DNA from: a virus | Length of the DNA stretch: 51,879 nt | Virus genome (UHGV): UHGV-0213324 | Strand: one strand, 5' to 3' | Part shown: positions 18,334 to 27,057 of the stretch, in pieces | Numbering within the stretch: position 1 is the first letter of the stretch | Layout of the letters: every line of letters begins with the position of its first letter | Notes under the pieces: model-generated | Told to the model about the DNA's origin: nothing | The model's database searches: none | The model's input: only the letters and a program-made list of their open reading frames with translations | Translations under genes and position numbers: made by a program

Positions 18334-18636
18334 ATGGCAAGATTCTTAAATTCTAAAGGAGATGCAGTATTTAATTTCATTAGGGACAGTAAAGTAATTA
18401 ATATAAATTATTCTAATCGTGGAACACTTTTTACTTTAGCAGAGTTAAAAACGTTGTTTAATTTTACAGCGATCGATCCAACGAAACTGATATGTGTTGT
18501 TTCTAATGGTGATGGCAGTGCAACAGACACACCTGTGATTGGTACGGTATGGCACGATAACGCGCTTAAAGTTAATTTAGGAGCAACGTATACTGGCAGT
18601 ATAAGAATAAACTACATACTGTTCCTTAACCCCTAG
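18334..18636 (+). CDS. Alternative tail-tip/receptor-binding module 5
   Basis: MARFLNSKGDAVF; VVSNGDGSA...GSIRINY; no local SD. Confidence 0.65.
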   Translation: MARFLNSKGDAVFNFIRDSKVININYSNRGTLFTLAELKTLFNFTAIDPTKLICVVSNGDGSATDTPVIGTVWHDNALKVNLGATYTGSIRINYILFLNP

Positions 18637-18652
18637 TAAATTAAAAATTATT

Positions 18653-18672
18653 AAAGGCCGAAAGGCCTTTTT
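18653..18672 (+). terminator. Intrinsic terminator closing the receptor-binding cassette
   Basis: AAAGGCC-GAAA-GGCCTTT then TT. Confidence 0.75.
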
Positions 18673-18697
18673 AATATTAATAAAGTGAGGTAATTTT

Positions 18698-18976
18698 ATG
18701 AACAAAATTAATTTAAAAATAAGATTAAAAAATCCTGTGTTTATTGCACAAATTGTATTAGCTGTTTTAACGCCTATTTTGGCTTATGCGGGGCTTACCG
18801 CACAAGATTTAACAACATGGGGAGCGTTAGGAAAACTGCTTTTAAACGCTGTTTCTAACCCTTACGTATTATCTCTGGTGGTTGTATCTGTATGGAACGC
18901 AATTAATGACCCTACTACAAGCGGAGTAGCAGACAGCGAGCGTGCACTAAACTACACTGAGCCTAAAAAGGATTAG
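18698..18976 (+). CDS. Holin (phi LC3-like)
   Basis: KINLKIRLKNPVF, two hydrophobic segments, NDPTTSGVADSERALNY. Confidence 0.9.
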   Translation: MNKINLKIRLKNPVFIAQIVLAVLTPILAYAGLTAQDLTTWGALGKLLLNAVSNPYVLSLVVVSVWNAINDPTTSGVADSERALNYTEPKKD

Positions 18977-18980
18977 CGTT

Positions 18981-19244
18981 ATGAACGAAGCGGAAATGAT
19001 AGGCTCTGTTATTGCAGGAGGGGTAGCAATTTTTAGCTTTGTTACCCCTATGCTTAAGCTAAATTCGAATATAACACGTATGAACACATTGCTTGAAAGG
19101 ATAATCGAAGATAACAGCCGACAAGACAAGCGATTAGATGCACATAGTGAACGACTTGACGTTATCGTAGAACAGCAACGCAGAAATGAAAAAATAATCG
19201 ATATACATGAATTGCGTATCAACAATTTAGAAAATAGAAATTAA
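18981..19244 (+). CDS. Lysis-module membrane protein (N-terminal TM plus coiled coil)
   Basis: PMLKLNSNITRM...HELRI; lies between holin and lysin. Confidence 0.55.
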   Translation: MNEAEMIGSVIAGGVAIFSFVTPMLKLNSNITRMNTLLERIIEDNSRQDKRLDAHSERLDVIVEQQRRNEKIIDIHELRINNLENRN

Positions 19245-19260
19245 GGAGGAAAAACAAAAA

Positions 19261-20313
19261 ATGGAAATCAAACAAAATTTAGTTAATGCAGGTAAATACA
19301 GTATTAAATGTCCTTACGAAAGAACACCGCAGTTTTATGTGGTTCATAACACATACAATGATGCAGCAGCATCAAACGAAGTAGCATATATGATTAAAAA
19401 TGACAATAAAGTATCTTTTCACTATGCTATTGATGATGTAGAAGTTGTTCAAGGACTATTAGAAAACCGTAGTGCATTTGCAAGTGGTGATGGTGGAAAA
19501 GGACAAGGAAATTTATACGGTATTCATGTTGAAATTTGCTATTCTAAATCTGGTGGCGATAGATTTAACAAAGCTGAACAAAATGCGGCTAAATTTATTG
19601 CTGATGGTTTAAAGGCTCACGGCTGGGGAATTGATAAAGTTAAAAAGCATCAGGATTTTGCAAATAAATACTGCCCACATAGAACACTAGATATGGGGTG
19701 GCAAAGATTTTTAAATATGGTACAAGCAAATCTGGATGGGAATCAAACAGTAGTAACTCCAACACCACAACCATCTCAACCCGATAGTGGATACTCAGCT
19801 GACACATATGAGATTATTGCAAGTGATTTGATCGTTAGAAAAACTCCGGGTGGCAGTGCGGTTGGCCATGCGGGATTGACTGCTGATGGAAAAAAACATG
19901 ATAAAGATAACGATGGTGCGTTAGATCGTGGAACTAGAATCACAGTTAAAGAGATTTATCAAAATGGTAACGATATCTGGGGCAGATGCCCTAGCGGATG
20001 GGTATGCTTAAAACAAGGTTCTAATATTTATGCAGTTAAAGCAGATGCAGCATCTACACCTTCTAATACCACTACAACTAGAGAACTCGGAACGCATGAA
20101 GTAACTGCCAGTGATTTAAGTGTTCGTACTGGTCCTGGTACAAATTATCCACGTAAGACATATGCAGAGCTTAGTACAGATGCAAAAAAACATGATTATG
20201 ATAAAGACGGATGTCTAAACAAGGGTACTCGTGTTACTGTAAAAGAATGGAAAAACGGGTTTGCACGTATTCCTAGCGGATGGGTAAGTGGCGATTATTT
20301 AAAAAAGGTGTAG
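19261..20313 (+). CDS. Endolysin: N-acetylmuramoyl-L-alanine amidase (Amidase_2) with two SH3b-like repeats
   Basis: VVHNT, SFHYAID, IHVEIC, KKHQD, KYCPH; two C-terminal repeats ending PSGWV. Confidence 0.92.
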   Translation: MEIKQNLVNAGKYSIKCPYERTPQFYVVHNTYNDAAASNEVAYMIKNDNKVSFHYAIDDVEVVQGLLENRSAFASGDGGKGQGNLYGIHVEICYSKSGGDRFNKAEQNAAKFIADGLKAHGWGIDKVKKHQDFANKYCPHRTLDMGWQRFLNMVQANLDGNQTVVTPTPQPSQPDSGYSADTYEIIASDLIVRKTPGGSAVGHAGLTADGKKHDKDNDGALDRGTRITVKEIYQNGNDIWGRCPSGWVCLKQGSNIYAVKADAASTPSNTTTTRELGTHEVTASDLSVRTGPGTNYPRKTYAELSTDAKKHDYDKDGCLNKGTRVTVKEWKNGFARIPSGWVSGDYLKKV

Positions 20314-20317
20314 CAAC

Positions 20318-20551
20318 ATGAAACGCATTGAAGTATCAATTTTAGCTATTCTAGCGTTATTATCACTATTATTAGGAATTGCCTTAGTACAAGAGAAACA
20401 AGCCACTAGAAACCTAAAAATCAATCTAGAACTAACAAAGCAGGAACTCTATGATACTCAAGGTGATAGAGATTATTATCAAGGGCAGTATAAAAAATAT
20501 TTTGAACTATCCGAGGAGCTCCAAAATCAGATGGGTGTTTATTATGAGTGA
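20318..20551 (+). CDS. Small membrane-anchored coiled-coil protein
   Basis: N-terminal hydrophobic helix; directly after the lysin. Confidence 0.5.
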   Translation: MKRIEVSILAILALLSLLLGIALVQEKQATRNLKINLELTKQELYDTQGDRDYYQGQYKKYFELSEELQNQMGVYYE

Positions 20552-20720
20552 AGTTTATATACTGGATAATACAGTTGATTTTAAAACAAAAAAACTTATT
20601 AACTCAAATCGTACTTGGAAGTTGAAAAAATGTTATACATTATTTGCTGTTATAACTGATGGATATACTGAGCATATAATAGAAACTAAATATATAAAAA
20701 GCAAGCCTAGGTCTAATTGA
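20544..20720 (+). CDS. Hypothetical protein
   Basis: Overlaps the upstream stop; followed by an AAGCCTAG/CTAGGCTT terminator. Confidence 0.4.
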   Translation: MSEVYILDNTVDFKTKKLINSNRTWKLKKCYTLFAVITDGYTEHIIETKYIKSKPRSN

Positions 20721-20854
20721 TCTAGGCTTTTTTGTATAAAGAAAAACACAGTGACATGGGAATGAACACTGTGTTTTTAGCATAATTTTGGAATGCGTAC
20801 TATGCTTAATAAAAGTATATAATAATAAATAATTATTTTCAATAAACTTTATAT

Positions 20855-21150
20855 AAAAAGAGCACAAGCCCAAAACGGGAGAGGTGAACTTGTACTCTTT
20901 GTATACTTTCGAATATTGTTAATGGGAGAGGAACAATATTCTATTGTACAAAAATAATATTTGTACGCAATCTATTCTACTACATTATACAAAATATGCA
21001 AATATATTAAACTTTTAAATAAAAGAGCACAAGGCTCTACCGAGGAGATATCTTTTTTGTGCTCTTGGTTGGGTATGGCTAAGGGGAAAGGAGGACCATA
21101 CCCTATTATACAACTATTGGAATTATAGTGGGGATCAATAATTGTACAAT
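20855..21150 (-). ncRNA. Two tandem candidate small RNAs built of hairpins with C/U-rich loops
   Basis: Minus-strand TTGATA-16-TATAAT (21182-21155); five hairpins with UCCC/CUCC-type loops; two related AAGAGCACAA hairpins that end in U-tracts on the minus strand. Confidence 0.5.
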
Positions 21151-21245
21151 ATCAATTATAGTTATTTGTCATTTTTTATCAACTCATATACTTAATACTC
21201 AATATTTGATTGAATAAGTAATACTTTTTAGTATGGAAAAACATA

Positions 21246-21274
21246 TTGTAAAATATAGTTATTTATTATATAGT
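21246..21274 (+). promoter_or_regulatory. Sigma-A promoter of the ferredoxin moron
   Basis: TTGTAA-17 nt-TATAGT. Confidence 0.55.
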
Positions 21275-21297
21275 AAACACATAAAGGAGGATTTACA

Positions 21298-21474
21298 ATG
21301 GCTAAAATTACAGTAAATGAATCTTGTATTGGGTGTGGAACTTGTGTAGGTGTTGCACCAGATGTTTTTGAAATGAATGATGAGGGGTTATCATCTGTTA
21401 TTGGTGATGATGTCGATTCAGCTAAAGAAGCTGCTGAATCTTGCCCTGTAGAAGCAATCGAAGTGGAAGATTAA
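21298..21474 (+). CDS. Single-cluster 4Fe-4S ferredoxin (absent from the ORF track)
   Basis: MAKITVNESCIGCGTCVGVAPDVFEM...AAESCPVEAIEVED with CxxCxxC...CP; AAGGAGG RBS; terminator at ~21500-21531. Confidence 0.92.
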   Translation: MAKITVNESCIGCGTCVGVAPDVFEMNDEGLSSVIGDDVDSAKEAAESCPVEAIEVED

Positions 21475-21559
21475 TCAAAAAAATAGAGAGTTATAGTGAT
21501 AAAGGAGTGTTCGATTAGAGCGCTCCTTTAAGCATTGTAGCTATTAGTAACTTACATAT

Positions 21560-21748
21560 TTATTCTAGATAACTTGTGGTATGGCTTATAATTCTTTTTT
21601 GTTTTTCAATATCATGCTTGCAATTAATGATCATTTCATCTTTATTTGGTATGTCAGATATTTCTAAAAGTTTCAGTTTTTCTTCCAGTACCTTTAATTT
21701 TGTTTTTGCCTCTTGCAGTTTTCTGTCCTTTAAATTCATATTTAACAC
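21560..21748 (-). CDS. Hypothetical small protein
   Basis: 62 aa ORF; GAGGTG on the minus strand near the start. Confidence 0.4.
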   Translation of the reverse strand: MLNMNLKDRKLQEAKTKLKVLEEKLKLLEISDIPNKDEMIINCKHDIEKQKRIISHTTSYLE

Positions 21749-21981
21749 CTCAAAATATATTATAGTAATTCTCTTATTAATAATTCAAGTTATATCGACT
21801 GTTATATTCGCAATATTGATTTATATTGATTTTAAGCGATTTTATATTTCATGTGGAATGTTGACTATTTTGAGCTTAGACTGTATTATAATGATGTGTA
21901 TTGAAACACACATTTCAATGTATAAAAAGTATAGTTTTGTATAAGATAACATTAACGATTATAATCAAGGAGGTGTTGATT

Positions 21982-22479
21982 ATGGAAAACGTTTTGAATG
22001 TCGCTCAATATATTTATGATGAATACAAGAGAGAGACAGGTGAAAAGATTGATGAATTGAAACTTCAAAAGTTAATTTACTTTTGTCAAAGAGAGTCCTT
22101 TGCTATAAAGGGAGTTCAATTATTCAATGATAGTTTAGAAGGATGGGTTCACGGCCCAGTGTCACCGATTGTAAGAATGTATTATGAGGAAGATTTTGGT
22201 ATTAATTATAGTACAAATGAATTAATTGAAGATGATGCAAGAATTGTCAGAAATGTGCTTGCCGAATATGGCGGTTTAGCATCATGGAAATTAAGAAATC
22301 TTTCTCATGAGGAAATTTCATGGCGTAATAGTAGGATGGGATTAAATCCAAATGATCGAGGTAATAGAAAATTAAATCTTGATGATATAAAAAAGGATGC
22401 TGAAAAAGTTCGACCATTTGATTATACATGGGGAATGTATTATGATGAATTCGATGATTATGAAGAGGGTGCTTCATGA
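21982..22479 (+). CDS. Panacea-domain (DUF4065/SocA/GepA) antitoxin
   Basis: LKLQKLIYF...LEGWVHGPV...LRNLSHEEISW; AAGGAGG RBS. Confidence 0.88.
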   Translation: MENVLNVAQYIYDEYKRETGEKIDELKLQKLIYFCQRESFAIKGVQLFNDSLEGWVHGPVSPIVRMYYEEDFGINYSTNELIEDDARIVRNVLAEYGGLASWKLRNLSHEEISWRNSRMGLNPNDRGNRKLNLDDIKKDAEKVRPFDYTWGMYYDEFDDYEEGAS

Positions 22480-22868
22480 GTTATGTAGGAAAAATATATC
22501 CATCAGTATTACAGTTTTATGATGTTAAAACAAAGAGTCAACGTAATAAAAGTAGACCGGTTTTAATTATTGCAGAACCAATTGGAAAAGATACCGAGTA
22601 TACAGTTTTACCGGTATCAACCCTCCTAAATCGCCGATTTTATGATCCAAGATATGATGTACAAATTAAAGTAGAAAATTTTGATAAATTGAGACTGACT
22701 AAGGACTGCTTTATTCGTTCGCACAAGCAAACAACTGTTTATAAAGCTAATATTGATTTTAACAAGTTGATAGGTGATTTAAAAAATGATTATCCCGACT
22801 GCTTTTATGATATTTTAGATAAATTAGAAAAATTTAATGGAGAAATACAAGCGTGCGCAAAGAGATAA
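22476..22868 (+). CDS. PemK/MazF-like endoribonuclease toxin
   Basis: KSRPVLII...YTVLPVST...L.KDCFIR; ATGA overlap with the antitoxin gene. Confidence 0.75.
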   Translation: MSYVGKIYPSVLQFYDVKTKSQRNKSRPVLIIAEPIGKDTEYTVLPVSTLLNRRFYDPRYDVQIKVENFDKLRLTKDCFIRSHKQTTVYKANIDFNKLIGDLKNDYPDCFYDILDKLEKFNGEIQACAKR

Positions 22869-22888
22869 AACTTATTATCTCTTTTTTT
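22860..22888 (+). terminator. Terminator after the TA operon
   Basis: AAGAGATAA/TTATCTCTT hairpin plus T-tract. Confidence 0.6.
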
Positions 22889-22900
22889 ATTTGAATATAG

Positions 22901-22966
22901 TGACATTATGTATATCTTTTTGGTACTGAAGAATTAGCCCATAAATGATGTAGGTTATAATGTGAC
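22901..22966. other. Candidate attP for the serine integrase
   Basis: Imperfect inverted repeat (ACATTAT...ATAATGT; TATATCTTTTTGG...CCATAAATGATGTA) directly 3' of the integrase; no host DNA in the window. Confidence 0.45.
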
Positions 22967-22969
22967 TTA

Positions 22970-24502
22970 TTACACCTTTAAATATATTTCTAACTTAAAT
23001 TGCTTTATCGCATCAGGATCCCAACGTCCTCCTTTTTCTTTTTTATAGATACATTTATCTATAATGGATTTTAATATTTTGTTTTTTTCTTCTGTAGAGC
23101 TTTTCCAATATAAATCAATTGCATTTTGTAATTGTGGGATAGCTTTTTTATATTGTTCTATTTTCATTGCTTCCGTTTCTTTTGCTAGGATGTCTTTTCT
23201 TTTGTTTACAGTGTTAATTTTATTTTCGAGGGTATTTTTACGTTCTTTGAATAATTCAACTGTATACGCTCCTAACTCGAGCATTTCGCACGCTTTTATA
23301 ATTTGCTTATTTAATTTTTCAAGCTCTTTATCACATTCTTCAAGTTGTAGTTTTTTATTATCATCGTAAGTTTTATTAACAGAAACAGAATAATTATTAA
23401 CGTAGTTAGTATAGTTTTTTAGTGTATCTTTAAGAGTATCTATTATACGTTGTTCGACTACATGAATATCACTTGCAACGTTTTTACATCGTGATGTGGT
23501 ACATAGGATAGTTTCAACTCTACCATTTTTATAAGGTCGCCTTGCCATTTTATGATTACAAAATCCACATACGATTAAACCAGCTAATGGATTTTGTAAG
23601 GTTCTATCTTTTTTTACTGGATGACTTCGTTTTTTCATTAAAAATTTAATTCTATCATATTCATCTTGCGTCATTATGGCAGGATGTTTACCGGGATAGA
23701 GTTCATAGTTAGGATTTCTTGGGCGTGTTTTTACAATTTTACCGTCTTTAAAAACTTTTACTTCTTTTCTAGAATTCCATTTTATTAATCCTAAATTAGT
23801 TTCATTTAGCAGTATCGCTTCGACTGCACTTTTAGTCCAATATTCACCTTTTCTTGGTTTATATCCTAATTCATTTAAATGATTAGATATATTTGTAGAC
23901 CCTTCATCTTCAAGCGCCTTTTTTTTCATAATGTTGAAAACTATGTTTTCCTCTTCGTATATTTCGAGTGAATATCCTTTGTCTAGTTTAATACGACTAA
24001 AAGAATAGGGAGCGATGCTACCAACATAGTAACCCTCTTGTGCTGCAATATGGCGCCCACGCTGCATACGACGGGTAATCATCTTGTATTCGCGTCTACC
24101 CATAAATAAATCAAATTCAAAATATTCCTGGTCATATTCGTTTTGTGGGTCAATCGTCTTCATGGGAGTAATTATCTTTGTATTATTTATACTAAATGCT
24201 CTTATAATAGTTCCCTGATCTACAGTATCACCACGAGCAAGACGCTGACTATCAACTACAAGAACACCCTCTAAGACACCCTCCATTACATACTCAAGTA
24301 ATTTCTTCATTTCAGGTCTGTTCTGAATATTCTCACCGGATACGACCTCTTTAAATTGCATTATTTCTTTTCTGTTTATGTTTAAGGAATCGGCTAAATC
24401 AAATAATATCTTTTCGTGTTTGGCCAGTGTATCATTTATATCTTCGTTTGGATCATCGCTACGAGATTTTCTTAAATACATCCCATACATTTTTTTCACC
24501 AA
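22970..24502 (-). CDS. Large serine recombinase (integrase)
   Basis: YLRKS catalytic motif, EVVSG...RPEM, RLARG, recombinase domain, zinc ribbon CGFC...C...C. Confidence 0.95.
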   Translation of the reverse strand: MVKKMYGMYLRKSRSDDPNEDINDTLAKHEKILFDLADSLNINRKEIMQFKEVVSGENIQNRPEMKKLLEYVMEGVLEGVLVVDSQRLARGDTVDQGTIIRAFSINNTKIITPMKTIDPQNEYDQEYFEFDLFMGRREYKMITRRMQRGRHIAAQEGYYVGSIAPYSFSRIKLDKGYSLEIYEEENIVFNIMKKKALEDEGSTNISNHLNELGYKPRKGEYWTKSAVEAILLNETNLGLIKWNSRKEVKVFKDGKIVKTRPRNPNYELYPGKHPAIMTQDEYDRIKFLMKKRSHPVKKDRTLQNPLAGLIVCGFCNHKMARRPYKNGRVETILCTTSRCKNVASDIHVVEQRIIDTLKDTLKNYTNYVNNYSVSVNKTYDDNKKLQLEECDKELEKLNKQIIKACEMLELGAYTVELFKERKNTLENKINTVNKRKDILAKETEAMKIEQYKKAIPQLQNAIDLYWKSSTEEKNKILKSIIDKCIYKKEKGGRWDPDAIKQFKLEIYLKV

Positions 24503-24527
24503 CTTTCTCTTTCTATAAATTGTATGT

Positions 24528-24746
24528 TTAATTTAATTTAAAATAATTATCTTTGTTAAAATTTGATGTTATTCTTACAATATCAACCATATCTTCCGGT
24601 GTAATTTCCCCGTCGCTTAATGTTACACCGTTTTCATAAAAATCTATGTAATCATCCAATAATTCGGGATAATTATCTTGAAAGTAGTCTAAATTTTTTT
24701 CATGATTTGTATCAATTCTTTTTTTCAATTTAATTCCTCCTGTCAT
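24528..24746 (-). CDS. Hypothetical protein
   Basis: ORF in the leftward lysogeny operon. Confidence 0.45.
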   Translation of the reverse strand: MTGGIKLKKRIDTNHEKNLDYFQDNYPELLDDYIDFYENGVTLSDGEITPEDMVDIVRITSNFNKDNYFKLN

Positions 24747-24753
24747 GTCATAG

Positions 24754-25179
24754 TTATCTCAATCGTTTTTTTGGATTGTTTTTATATATTTCTGTTACTG
24801 TTTTATTTATTTCTGATATATCATCTTTGTTACTCTTTCCAAATATATATACAAAAGACCCAGTCATAACGGAACCTAATATTGTAAAGATTGTTACAAC
24901 AGTACTTAAACAGTCTTTGTATTCTATAGTTCCTTCTGGAGATATGTAGCTATAGAGTTTTACTGCTATATCAGATATTGAAAAAGTAAGAGAAGATAAT
25001 ATTACTACAAGCCCAACAGCAAACAATAGTACAATAAAAAAAAGTAATATATATTGTAATGCTAATATTTTCCATGTAGAACTTGTATTAATTTCGCTGA
25101 TCATATTTTTACGCAATACAATCGCTATTACCCAAAATGCTATTCCCATTGCTAGGAATATAATAAAATTAAAATTCAT
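24754..25179 (-). CDS. Membrane protein with three TM segments
   Basis: Hydrophobic segments; AAGGTAAGGTG upstream. Confidence 0.6.
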   Translation of the reverse strand: MNFNFIIFLAMGIAFWVIAIVLRKNMISEINTSSTWKILALQYILLFFIVLLFAVGLVVILSSLTFSISDIAVKLYSYISPEGTIEYKDCLSTVVTIFTILGSVMTGSFVYIFGKSNKDDISEINKTVTEIYKNNPKKRLR

Positions 25180-25312
25180 GTTTGTTTTTTCACCTTACCT
25201 TATATTTAATTCCTAATAATTTTTATTTTTTATGTAGATTATTTAATAAAAAGTTCCTATCATAATCGACAGGAACTTGAGTATCTTTAAATCATAATTT
25301 ATTAATGGTATT

Positions 25313-25747
25313 TTACTTTTTCTCTAATTTAACTGTCTTTGTACTACCCATTGCAGATGCTTCATAACTAATGACACCATCTTTGTATGTAAATTCTTTT
25401 GTTTCATCTGAAGAAGCTAACATAGCACCGCTAGTTTTCTCAGTATCGTTTTTTGAGGTCCAAGAATATTCATTTGTTGCTTTTGTTGGTGCATCATATG
25501 TACCTGCCCAATATAATGATCTAGTATCATCTTCACTAACCCAGTTAATTTCTATAGTACCATCAGAAATAACCGCTTCTTGATAAGTACCTTCTTCATT
25601 AGAAGCCCATGTACCAGTTAGATCAAGTGGCTTTTCAACTTTTTCTTCTTTTTTTGGAGTTTCTTTTTTACTGTTGTCATTACCTCCACAACCAGTTAGT
25701 CCAAAGCAAAGTCCAAGGACTAAAAATAAACTTAAAATTTTCTTCAT
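25313..25747 (-). CDS. Lipoprotein, possible superinfection exclusion
   Basis: MKKILSLFLVLGLCFGLTGC lipobox; in the lysogeny module. Confidence 0.7.
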   Translation of the reverse strand: MKKILSLFLVLGLCFGLTGCGGNDNSKKETPKKEEKVEKPLDLTGTWASNEEGTYQEAVISDGTIEINWVSEDDTRSLYWAGTYDAPTKATNEYSWTSKNDTEKTSGAMLASSDETKEFTYKDGVISYEASAMGSTKTVKLEKK

Positions 25748-25828
25748 ACTTAGTTCTCCCTTCAAATTATTTATTATAAACACTATGAAGTGTGTTTATC
25801 GTATTTGGTTATGTATTATTTAAATATG

Positions 25829-25912
25829 AAAAACACCTAAATATAATCTAGGTGTTCTCAACATCAGCGCTAAGGCTGCTATAAATGATTCATAGTGGCA
25901 AGCCCACTATAC
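25829..25912 (-). ncRNA. Candidate ~85-nt small RNA or attenuator
   Basis: Minus-strand TTGCTT-16-TATAAT (25946-25919), two hairpins, then an AACACCTA terminator hairpin with U-tract. Confidence 0.45.
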
Positions 25913-25950
25913 ACCCGTATTATACATCATTATTTTTAGTAAGCAAAATT

Positions 25951-27000
25951 TTATATATTCTCTTGCTCTTCGATATATTGTTGTATAGTTTTCATCATTG
26001 ATACAAATTCTAAAGCTTTTTCTGAATTAGAGACTAATAGTACCGTGTTTAATCCAGTGTCGCTAGTTATGGAAATTTCACCATATTTACAAATAGGAAT
26101 CTGTTTATTATTTTTATATCTTTTATCTGGTTTACCGTTTTTATTAACGAATTTCCAAGTATACTTAATAATTTGGGTATCTGAAGGTACCCTATCTGTT
26201 TCGATAAAGTTTGTTTCTGTGTATTCAAATTTGACGTTGTTATAAGGTATTACACCCGGATTCCCATTTTTTATAATTAAAATTTTATCAGGTAAAAAAT
26301 ATAATTTTTCTTTTTCTAGCCCTATACAGAAAATATCGACATTACATTTTAAATAGTACGGAATTTTTTTATTTTTTTTAATCAGAGTTCTTTTTATTAG
26401 ATTTGATGCACCGGCAGCAATTTTTTTGTTTTTTACTTTTGAAGTAGCATTTTTCGACCATATTTTATTGCTTTTTAATAAACTAAGCCAAGCATCGTGT
26501 CTTTCTTTAAACAAATATTCACTATAGTCATCCATCTCATAATTTAAATCAATATGGGCGTTAATATGCAAATAAATTTTACATATCACACCTAAAATAA
26601 ATGTAATCCATAGAATTGGTAAAGAGAAAGCTAAAACGATAGTGAGACATAATAAGTTAGTAAAAGTATCAAGTCTAATAATGCGTTTTAATTCTATTAA
26701 AAATTGTGAATATTCGTCATCTTGAAAGTTTTTAATATTAGAATTTTCTATTTTTTGAACATCATAAGCATTGGAATCTGCACTAGTAACGGGCGAACGG
26801 TTACTATTAGAAACATTTTTCTTTTCAGTGACATGGCTTATTCCAGTGCCGGGAATAGTATATGTTTTTCGAGTTCTTCCTGATGCAGTTTTTGTATATC
26901 TGAATCCTTTAGTTCCCCAGCTGTATCCAACACCGCTTTTACTAAGATTTATCCTAAATCCTCCACCTAAATTTATACTTTTTCTATATCTAAGTCCCAT
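25951..27000 (-). CDS. DUF4236-domain membrane protein
   Basis: MGLRYRKSINLGGGFRINLSKSGVGYSWG...IPGTGIS; TM hairpin; NKNGKPDKRYKNN. Confidence 0.85.
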   Translation of the reverse strand: MGLRYRKSINLGGGFRINLSKSGVGYSWGTKGFRYTKTASGRTRKTYTIPGTGISHVTEKKNVSNSNRSPVTSADSNAYDVQKIENSNIKNFQDDEYSQFLIELKRIIRLDTFTNLLCLTIVLAFSLPILWITFILGVICKIYLHINAHIDLNYEMDDYSEYLFKERHDAWLSLLKSNKIWSKNATSKVKNKKIAAGASNLIKRTLIKKNKKIPYYLKCNVDIFCIGLEKEKLYFLPDKILIIKNGNPGVIPYNNVKFEYTETNFIETDRVPSDTQIIKYTWKFVNKNGKPDKRYKNNKQIPICKYGEISITSDTGLNTVLLVSNSEKALEFVSMMKTIQQYIEEQENI

Positions 27001-27057
27001 ATATATTAAATTACCCTCCTTATTTCGTGTTAATATTTTTAAATCTTACAACTATGT

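Noticed and set aside
21576..21944. 122-aa hydrophobic + strand ORF
   Set aside because: No RBS; overlaps a minus-strand ORF and the TA promoter region; composition looks like antisense or AT-rich noise.
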